A DNA stretch of 64,000 bases from assembly GCA_024231025.1 (NCBI GenBank), contig JAAEQW010000274.1, positions 1,615 through 65,614 on the forward strand, in the 5' to 3' direction. Shown here piece after piece: positions 57,901 to 64,000 of this stretch; positions within the stretch are counted from its first letter, which is position 1, and each line of letters starts with the position of its first letter. Below the pieces are notes generated by a model. The model ran no database searches, had not been told where the DNA came from, and worked only from the letters and a program-made list of their open reading frames with translations. The stretch is from Candidatus Omnitrophota bacterium (GTDB lineage: Bacteria > Omnitrophota > Gorgyraeia > Duberdicusellales > 4484-171). The position numbers and the translations under genes are program-made.

Positions 57901-59527
57901 ATAGCTCTTTGGATAATCTTGAAAGAACATCAAAATCTTGATCATTACGCAACAGTTGTAAAAAGTCGTCGAGAAATCCTTTTGCAGCAGGATTAATCCA
58001 AACTGATGCAGAGATTGCCGCGCTACGAACTTCGCCATCTTGCGAAGAATCTTTCGCTATTCTAAGCAATTCTTTGGTTAATTTTTTCTTTAAAGTAAAA
58101 CCAACATTCTTTGCTAAAAGACCTAAATTATCTATAACCACCTGGCGAAAACCCGCCGGCTCAGAAGTGCTATTTGCTATGGCTCTCAAACCCTCAATGA
58201 GATTAGTCATTTCTTTTAATATTTTTTTTGCCTCAAGGCTATTCTTATTAGATTCGCTTTGATAAGCCTGAATCATTATTTTTTTTGCCATATAAAGCGC
58301 TCTAAGGCGAATTTTTGGATTTTGAATTGGTTCTTGGGCGATATCACCTAAAGACTGCGCAACTTCTTTCAACGCACCCCAAGATTCTCCATCAATAATC
58401 TCTCGTAATAATTTCGCAACCATTTCACGAAAAGCAACTTCCTGAGAATCGCTAGATAACTCTTGCATAATTGAAAGAAATACATCAATCACTTCTAACT
58501 TACGCGATAAGGAAAACCTATAAACATCTTTAAGAAATGTTTTATCAAAAATAATTGCTGCAATTTCACGAATAACAGGATCTAAAGACGAATCGTTAAG
58601 CAAAGGCAGCAAATCTAAAATTGCTTTTTCTTTTCTTGAACGTTTTTGATTCTTGATCAATTCACCCCAAGAAGCTAAGGCCTCGGCACGAATAACTGGC
58701 TTTGCGCCTTCGTCACAGACAACATTATAAAGTACAGAAATAAGTTCTTGTCTGCGCTTGAAACCAATTTTGCTTTTTAGAGAAGAAAAAGTTATTCGCA
58801 AAGCAAGAACACCAAACGCCTCAACAGATGAACTTTGCAATTGCCCTTTTACTACCTCAATAAGATCGTTGAAAACATTCTGCTGTGCGTCTAGCTCCAT
58901 ATCTTTCAGTATTTTCTCTAGTGTTGGTCCAAAGAAATCAGCAATGGACCAAAAAGCAGAATTACGCTTTAATTCAACTATAAAAAAGGAAACTAGTCTT
59001 TCTTTAAATTCATTTGAAAATTTATCGACCCCTGAATCCAAAATATCAAGCAATGCCGCGCTGATATCCCTTCTTATAATTTGAATCGACGTAGAAATGC
59101 CCGGATTTTTTAGCGACTCCTCTAGCGAACCTAAAAGAACAATGGCTATCCGCTCTCTAGTAGCTAAATCTACTTTTGCTCGTAAAATCATTAAAGAATC
59201 TGTAGCCGCCGTGATAAGAACTTGAGATTGAGGATAGTCTTTTATTATGCTAAGAAAAAGATCAACGATCTCCTTTGACGGTGAAATAACAATCTCGCTC
59301 AAAAGCTTCATGGCTTTTACCCGTTGATCCAAACTTGAAAAAATATCATCTTTTACTATTCCGATAAGAACTGGAGTAATTTCTTTGGCAAGATCTTCAT
59401 CAACTTGGGCAGGATTAAGATCTAACACATCCTCTCTTAAGGTAACTTCTTCTTCAGGCGCAAAACGCTCAACGGCTTGCGAATTAGAGAGTTCTTTCAA
59501 GCTTGAGGCGCAACCAAACACCATCAC
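54971..59527 (-). CDS. Giant (1518 aa) HEAT/ARM-repeat protein with a KR-rich linker and a C-terminal degenerate HExxH-like domain (DHEYTE).
   Basis: Long alpha-helical repeat region with no stops. The C-terminal segment aligns with the HEIGH region of the 1-2919 protein but reads IDHEYTERIEG. The 3' end of the ORF (about 55040-55150) runs through GC-rich REP-like hairpins. Confidence 0.5.
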   Translation of the reverse strand: MMVFGCASSLKELSNSQAVERFAPEEEVTLREDVLDLNPAQVDEDLAKEITPVLIGIVKDDIFSSLDQRVKAMKLLSEIVISPSKEIVDLFLSIIKDYPQSQVLITAATDSLMILRAKVDLATRERIAIVLLGSLEESLKNPGISTSIQIIRRDISAALLDILDSGVDKFSNEFKERLVSFFIVELKRNSAFWSIADFFGPTLEKILKDMELDAQQNVFNDLIEVVKGQLQSSSVEAFGVLALRITFSSLKSKIGFKRRQELISVLYNVVCDEGAKPVIRAEALASWGELIKNQKRSRKEKAILDLLPLLNDSSLDPVIREIAAIIFDKTFLKDVYRFSLSRKLEVIDVFLSIMQELSSDSQEVAFREMVAKLLREIIDGESWGALKEVAQSLGDIAQEPIQNPKIRLRALYMAKKIMIQAYQSESNKNSLEAKKILKEMTNLIEGLRAIANSTSEPAGFRQVVIDNLGLLAKNVGFTLKKKLTKELLRIAKDSSQDGEVRSAAISASVWINPAAKGFLDDFLQLLRNDQDFDVLSRLSKELSKIAKVLKGEKNKNRRTEIVVAIGLHGLLAKEEYVRDVAAMAMEGLCSTQVKARVIEQKLIPMLITAINQGNSFATIGLGHIFADIYEDLSTTIAEDVFSSAMKTLKHNDSKMRFMAIEGLGNMFKKPVTDSTTFKSMRQKAALALIDSLEDNKKKNRDRSRMRLTEMGSILTVEVFKIFIETLASENKELNQKTAKLVIEVMSGAHLRDIEYLRDVLVPPFLKSLQGKTNHGNISSGFRLIGDTLFEKLFRALESENKELREAASRVLYVIAMKLNYEQMEEVTSTLDPFWQNIFWRSSEIGRGNFSIDEVRAVYLNSAFIAKTLPLAFSKKYANQFSLAKSVVLLLERFDIQLSTEDNYNLRQAIAIEKALFFIVETFDEANKRRALIQKGSSVYAYTHVDKDFTGEQLEDIVKPLGVTIDQENRFEGVEDKIKFLEKTVPNIPINDKNNVLWHHKHGGPEHLWLRGGKLGREVSDKMEHPWAISYQEYGEALMKRAAKVGTLSDLVIIIGACYSANFAVKLVNYLFDALEEGSIKDFPTIVVTSSRDSFSYITIFEKAFSLVVKKKVASSGNKELTLEDVRAVEEVKGVVRYEDVIIFLPVNSKRYKRLKQEIGVKEGANNTKRKRSQEKNKHRNKKRKKQRGRAQPIPLGEQPSEGIKKSDIFHLNVPVIDVVKLEDEGKVKNFPVALKRPSRRVGDVAKPKFTDDQFNALINPERELSFDKNELVKFLKSPLVGMEDADKLDKQKINVYLSDHLPETMDAAGRKEIDGTLSIILNSNYINQDNFTFFALGEVIDHEYTERIEGQPHHVAAQRQKKYFSQNETQLTLYHAWVIEQMSVEQLLEIVDEYENHKKNEWGRYEEMFYSHVKEELSSAVSARVARNQNAGASSKTIISGGIDLNSEMIEIDEERSGSFVSSGDAHRSPTLSGLPCPSGRQAVHVPVVAQEFIDIDPAAITGFRLEITRIRRKSKPY

Positions 59528-60983
59528 AGCTACAGCAAAATAAAAAAATTCCGGCGTTACGTAGCGATTTTTTCTTATCGTGTTTAGGCTCCTCCTTTAA
59601 CCCGCTGTCCACCGCATAAGTATCGGCAGGTTTACTTTGGCGAAGAAACTCACCGTTTGCATCAATGCCTGAAATCGGTCCGTTAGCTTTAGTGGAAATA
59701 ACCGAATTGATTGGTTCTTCAACTTCTTGCAGGCATTGTTCGTTTTCTCTTGCGTCAAAACCACCGGAATAATAACGCCGGTTAATTTTGCGATTTAATT
59801 TTTCGTCAAAATCAGGTCGAATATAATTATAAACGCCCTTTTTGTAGGCCTCGACATATTGATTGTAGATCTTTTCTTTTATTTGGGGATCCGTGCCTTC
59901 GATCCCTTTGATTTTGTTTTTATCGAAATATATCTTGTCTAATATATTTTTGTTTTTATCCCGGGAGGACACAAGGCCCTCCCCTACTGAGCGGCGAAGC
60001 CGTTTTTTAAACCATGTAGCAAGGATTAAGGCATTATAAATTTGGCGCAGGCGCGCAAATTGCTGGCCCTTGTTGATTTCTTCTTCAATCACCGGCAAAA
60101 TCATTTCCTTTGCAATCTGGGCGGATAATTTGTTGATATTATGATCATTTGTAGGGGCGGACCTATGTGTCCGCCCGTTATGATTAATTATATGATTATC
60201 GTATAATTCATTATTTTGACCCGGGTCGACACATAGGTCGACCCCTACAATATTTTGTTTTTGGGCAACATAGTCACTCTCCATCATCACCTTGAAACTG
60301 CTTTCTTTAACGAAAGCGCGATTGCCTTCAACTGAAACAACTGCTTTATCGGGGATAATCCAAATTTTGTTAAAGGTATCAATCGCAATGTTGGTTGTGC
60401 CGTAAAGCTCATTAGCGCGAGCGTAAATTTTCTTCCAGAATTTTTTGCCTAAAGGGCTTTCTGGATAAGTCAAAGAAGCGGTCAATTGTTTTAAAATATA
60501 ATCCTCACCCAAAAGATCGCGCCCCATGTCAGTTAACCCTAATTCGTGAGGAGTTACTCTATCTTTCTCATAGGGAGAAAGATTCACCCATAAGTCTTGT
60601 GCTGGAGTAGTTAATGAAGCTAAAAAATATTTAATCAATCGATGTGCTTCAATCTTAAATTCCTGATCATCTACGGCAGTATCGCCCTCATCAAGAGTAA
60701 AACGAAAAGCGAAAGGATCGTTGGGAAAAAATTCTAAACCACGCAATAATATTGGATTAAAATGCGAACTAGTCTCAATAATTTTTGTTGGAGCCGACAT
60801 ATAGGGCAAGGCAGAGGCATAGCTTGTATTTGTCTTAACAAAATAGGCAGCAACCGTCGAAAACAAAATGGCTAAAATCACAAAGCCAACGATTGCCTTA
60901 AAAGAGATTGATCCTTTTTTCCGCTGTATAAAAATTCCCATAATGATATACCTGTAACTTAGACTATCATTTAAATGTAACAT
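59484..60983 (-). CDS. Membrane-anchored protein paralogous to the N-terminal 500 aa of the 1-2919 gene. It may be the frameshifted 5' part of a single gene with 54971-59527.
   Basis: DNA at 59815-59940 is near-identical to 1840-1990. The protein motifs YMSAPT, VNLSPYE, GLTD(V/M)GRDLLGEDYILKQL and KNKIKGIEGTDP(K/Q)IKEKIYNQY are shared. It overlaps the next ORF by 44 nt. Confidence 0.5.
   Translation of the reverse strand: MLHLNDSLSYRYIIMGIFIQRKKGSISFKAIVGFVILAILFSTVAAYFVKTNTSYASALPYMSAPTKIIETSSHFNPILLRGLEFFPNDPFAFRFTLDEGDTAVDDQEFKIEAHRLIKYFLASLTTPAQDLWVNLSPYEKDRVTPHELGLTDMGRDLLGEDYILKQLTASLTYPESPLGKKFWKKIYARANELYGTTNIAIDTFNKIWIIPDKAVVSVEGNRAFVKESSFKVMMESDYVAQKQNIVGVDLCVDPGQNNELYDNHIINHNGRTHRSAPTNDHNINKLSAQIAKEMILPVIEEEINKGQQFARLRQIYNALILATWFKKRLRRSVGEGLVSSRDKNKNILDKIYFDKNKIKGIEGTDPQIKEKIYNQYVEAYKKGVYNYIRPDFDEKLNRKINRRYYSGGFDARENEQCLQEVEEPINSVISTKANGPISGIDANGEFLRQSKPADTYAVDSGLKEEPKHDKKKSLRNAGIFLFCCSCDGVWLRLKLERTL
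60149..60251. repeat. REP-like element inserted in-frame within the 59484-60983 coding sequence.
   Basis: TTGTAGGGGCGGACC-tatgt-GTCCGCCCG ... CCCGGGTCGAC-acatag-GTCGACCCCTACAAT. The ORF stays open and the element is translated as ...NHNGRTHRSAPTNDH... Confidence 0.65.
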
Positions 60984-61154
60984 TTATAGGTAAGAGAAAA
61001 CCACCCAAAACGCCTAATTTTAAAGGTTTTTTGTAAACGCTTACCCATAATGCAATCTACGGTTACAGAATTAGGGAAGGGTTGACAAGGAATCGAAAAT
61101 ATGTTACTATTTTGGTGATTAGATTCCCTAAAATACAGCTTAATAGGTGACATT

Positions 61155-62276
61155 ATGCACAAAATTATAACTCGCCAAATTCAGGAAAATATCGAAAAAC
61201 ACCTTTTCAAGGGAAAAGCAATCATTCTTTACGGTGCAAGACAAACCGGAAAAACAACACTCGTTTCAATGATAAAGGAGAAACACAAAAATTCTTTATA
61301 CCTTAATTGTGACGAAATAGATATTCGAGAAAAATTAACCAAAAAAACCTCTACTGAACTTGCAACGCTAATTGGCAATAAAAAACTAGTAGTAATTGAT
61401 GAAGCCCAGCGCGTTGTTGACATTGGCTTAACAATAAAAATACTTGTTGATACAATGAAAGACACCCAAATAATCGCAACTGGCTCATCTTCCTTTGAGT
61501 TATCAGATAAAATTAAGGAGCCACTAACCGGACGCGTTTATGAATTCCATCTTTATCCTTTCAGTTTTAACGAACTAAACAGCCTCTATCAAAAACATGA
61601 ACTCGAACGCATCGTCGAGCAACGCATGGTTTACGGAATGTATCCGGAAGTTGTGCTGTCTCAGGAAAAAGAAATCCTTCTGCAACTAGCTGATAGTTAC
61701 CTGTATAAGGATATTCTTGCTTACCAAAACATCAAAAGCCATGACATACTGATTAAATTGCTTCAAGCAATTTCTTTACAAATCGGCAACGAAGTGTCTT
61801 ATAACGAGTTATCTTCAACGGTGGGTATCGATAAAAAAACTGTTGAAAACTACATAAATATTTTAGAAAAAGCGTTTATTGTTTTTCGGTTAAATCCTTT
61901 TAGCAGAAACCTGCGCAATGAGCTCAAAAAACTGCGAAAAATCTATTTCTACGATCTTGGTATAAGAAACGCACTAATAAATAATTTTAATCCTCTGGGC
62001 ATCCGTCAAGATACCGGCGCTTTATTTGAAAATTTTGTTATTGCTGAAAGAATAAAACGTAATAGCAACTTACGTCTAAGAAAGAACTTTTATTTTTGGA
62101 GAACGCATCAACAGAAAGAAATAGATTACATAGAAGAAGAAGCTGGGATATTAAAAGGTTACGAAATAAAATTTTCAAAAACTAAATTCAAGGCGCCTCA
62201 AGAATTCCTAAAAGCATACAAGGACAGTTCCGTTGAACTGGTAAACAAAAGTAATTGCTTAGAATTCATTACATAG
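61155..62276 (+). CDS. AAA+ ATPase with a DUF4143 domain.
   Basis: Walker A motif GARQTGKTT and Walker B motif VVIDEAQ. Confidence 0.7.
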   Translation: MHKIITRQIQENIEKHLFKGKAIILYGARQTGKTTLVSMIKEKHKNSLYLNCDEIDIREKLTKKTSTELATLIGNKKLVVIDEAQRVVDIGLTIKILVDTMKDTQIIATGSSSFELSDKIKEPLTGRVYEFHLYPFSFNELNSLYQKHELERIVEQRMVYGMYPEVVLSQEKEILLQLADSYLYKDILAYQNIKSHDILIKLLQAISLQIGNEVSYNELSSTVGIDKKTVENYINILEKAFIVFRLNPFSRNLRNELKKLRKIYFYDLGIRNALINNFNPLGIRQDTGALFENFVIAERIKRNSNLRLRKNFYFWRTHQQKEIDYIEEEAGILKGYEIKFSKTKFKAPQEFLKAYKDSSVELVNKSNCLEFIT

Positions 62277-62384
62277 ATCTCTAAGCTGTTTATTTATTGT
62301 GTTTGGATCTCTTATGTGATATAACGGGATAGATATGGCACAACAAAAATCAGCAATCTGATTGATAATTAGATAGTACATAGC

Positions 62385-62468
62385 GCGAGGGTGGCGGAAT
62401 TGGCAGACGCACTAGCTTGAGGGGCTAGCGGTAGCGATATCGTAGGGGTTCAACTCCCCTCTCTCGCA
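62385..62468 (+). tRNA. tRNA-Leu (anticodon GAG), 84 nt with a long variable arm.
   Basis: Acceptor GCGAGGG/CTCTCGC, anticodon arm CTAGC-TTGAGGG-GCTAG and T arm GGGG-TTCAACT-CCCC, with discriminator A. Confidence 0.8.
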
Positions 62469-62746
62469 TTTCTTTTTGCTAACAAACAAGGTTAACAGCG
62501 AAACAAAGCAGAACATCAATCCGGAAGGCTCTTTCGTTGGATATAATAAACCCTTCGGGCGCTCCGCTACCGCGGAGATTATACACAACTCCTCTCTCGC
62601 ATTTTTAGCCACTTTGACCAACTAAAAGCGAAAAACGAAGAGTGTAAAACCATAGCGTAAAATTCAAAAATAGATACACTCTTTATTCCGAAAAATAATT
62701 TTTAATTTTGAATTATGGCTTTTCATTTTTAGCTTTGCGTTTTTAG

Positions 62747-63388
62747 TTAACTAAGGAGTTCTTTTGATATGCCAATATCAACAATGAAGATTTTTCCACA
62801 TAGCAGTTTTCCTTCTTGTGTCGAAAAAGCTTTCTTTGGGGCGAGAAAACTTATTGTCACGTCAGCTTTTATTGCTGCGCCGCATATCCTACCATCATCC
62901 GGAGAAAGCCCTGATGGAATATCACATGCTACTATTTTTTTACCCGATTGATTTATCGTATTAATTACCTCTTCCAAGAACGACGGCACCTCCCCCCTAA
63001 TACCTATTCCGAGCAGTCCCTCCAAAACAAAATCTGCTTCATTTAAAAAACTAATCAGTTCTTTTGAATCCGTTGAAACAGGGATGCTAAGCTGCTCTAA
63101 AATTTGCTTCTGAAAAAACGCCTCGCTTGCCAATTCTTTTTCGGCAATAATAAGCACTTGCACCTGATACCCGCGACTTATAAGTTTACGCCCGCAAGCT
63201 AAAACATCGGCACCGTTGTTTCCTCTTCCGGAAACAACTAACACTTTTTTACCAAAATTTAATTCATCGATTATAGAAAAAAGATTACTGGAAGCATTTT
63301 CGATAAGTATGCGTTCTGACAAGCCCAGGGAAACGGCTTTTTTATCGAGGAAACGAAATTCATCTACAGATAGGCTATTTTGATCCAA
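62747..63388 (-). CDS. NAD(P)H-hydrate epimerase (YjeF N-terminal domain).
   Basis: VLVVSGRGNNGADVLACGRKL motif. Confidence 0.75.
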   Translation of the reverse strand: MDQNSLSVDEFRFLDKKAVSLGLSERILIENASSNLFSIIDELNFGKKVLVVSGRGNNGADVLACGRKLISRGYQVQVLIIAEKELASEAFFQKQILEQLSIPVSTDSKELISFLNEADFVLEGLLGIGIRGEVPSFLEEVINTINQSGKKIVACDIPSGLSPDDGRICGAAIKADVTISFLAPKKAFSTQEGKLLCGKIFIVDIGISKELLS

Positions 63389-63390
63389 AA

Positions 63391-63963
63391 TTACTGAGTT
63401 TCTTCTTTTGTATCTTTTCTTTTAAAAAGATCCAAAAACCGGTCTTCATATTCCTTATAAACATTCCAACGATCAAGCTCTGCTTTAAGTTTATTGGCAT
63501 CGGTGATATCTCTTTGCGCATCTTGAAAAGATTTTTCGATTTTTTCTCTTGCTGATTGCGGTAATTTTGTGTACGCAGCTAAATCGTTTTTTATTTTGGC
63601 AATATCTTCTTCGCTTAAAGGAGAATTCCCTGAAGGAGGCTCTTCCTCGCCTTTAAGATAATTAATAAGCTTCTCTATTTCTTCCTCAATGAATTTGCTA
63701 CGCTCAATTAACGGCGAAAGGTTTAAATTGCATTTTAAAAATTTATTCACAACTCTTAAAATGTTGGTTGTAGCTTTTGGATTCTCGATTTGCACTGTAT
63801 AGAAAGGTATTTCTCCCAATAAGCAAGCGCCCTTCATTCTTTTTCTCTTTCCTACACCTAAAATTATTCCATTAAGCCCGCTGATCTGGCCTTCTTTAAG
63901 AACCTTTAATTTAATATTCTCAAAGTCTTTAAAAACCTCTTTGTGGGTTGCAACGATCCACAC
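63391..63963 (-). CDS. Hypothetical protein, possibly PAC2-like, with a coiled-coil C-terminus. The N-terminus may extend beyond the window.
   Basis: ORF at the window edge with weak family resemblance only. Confidence 0.3.
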   Translation of the reverse strand: MWIVATHKEVFKDFENIKLKVLKEGQISGLNGIILGVGKRKRMKGACLLGEIPFYTVQIENPKATTNILRVVNKFLKCNLNLSPLIERSKFIEEEIEKLINYLKGEEEPPSGNSPLSEEDIAKIKNDLAAYTKLPQSAREKIEKSFQDAQRDITDANKLKAELDRWNVYKEYEDRFLDLFKRKDTKEETQ

Positions 63964-64000
63964 TGCAGGCTCTATTTTGTGATCGATCGGTTCAGGTTTG

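Noticed and set aside
62412-62621. 69-aa minus-strand ORF.
   Set aside because: It overlaps tRNA-Leu on the opposite strand.

Overview
This 64 kb window is a low-GC (about 35-38%) bacterial chromosomal segment, and most of its genes lie on the minus strand. The housekeeping backbone includes pnp, rpsO, xseAB, ftsK, rimO, pgsA, pgpA, rlmN, accA, tsaD, ctp, gatCAB, and a nif3-dnaG-rpoD operon. It also carries an MlaEFD lipid-transport operon and several two-component and c-di-GMP signalling genes. Five accessory patches stand out.

- **Partner-switching module on the Mla operon (22.1-26.4 kb):** an RsbW-type kinase fused to a STAS domain sits upstream of mlaEFD, and a GAF-PP2C phosphatase sits downstream, all in one overlapping operon.
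- **tRNA-Met island remnant (33.9-37.5 kb):** roughly 3.4 kb bounded by an intact tRNA-Met(CAT) and a 41-nt exact duplicate of its 3' end plus downstream hairpin. It carries an XRE/ImmA pair, an XRE pseudogene relic, an HNH-domain protein of 340 aa and a four-helix-bundle protein. No integrase is present.
- **REP/RAYT system (41.3-42.9 kb):** a REP-associated tyrosine transposase gene lies beside a YefM-YoeB toxin-antitoxin pair. Its GC-rich palindromic REP hairpins are dispersed at five or more sites, including in-frame inside genes.
- **Paralogous giant proteins (both window ends):** two membrane-anchored HExxH-domain proteins, one of which is interrupted by a HEAT-repeat insertion of about 1500 aa.
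- **Bactofilin-HTH fusion (37.5-38.4 kb):** two adjacent genes with excisionase-type HTH domains, one fused to a bactofilin polymerising domain.

RNA genes found are tRNA-Met(CAT) at 37392-37465 (minus strand) and tRNA-Leu(GAG) at 62385-62468 (plus strand). There is no rRNA and no CRISPR array.
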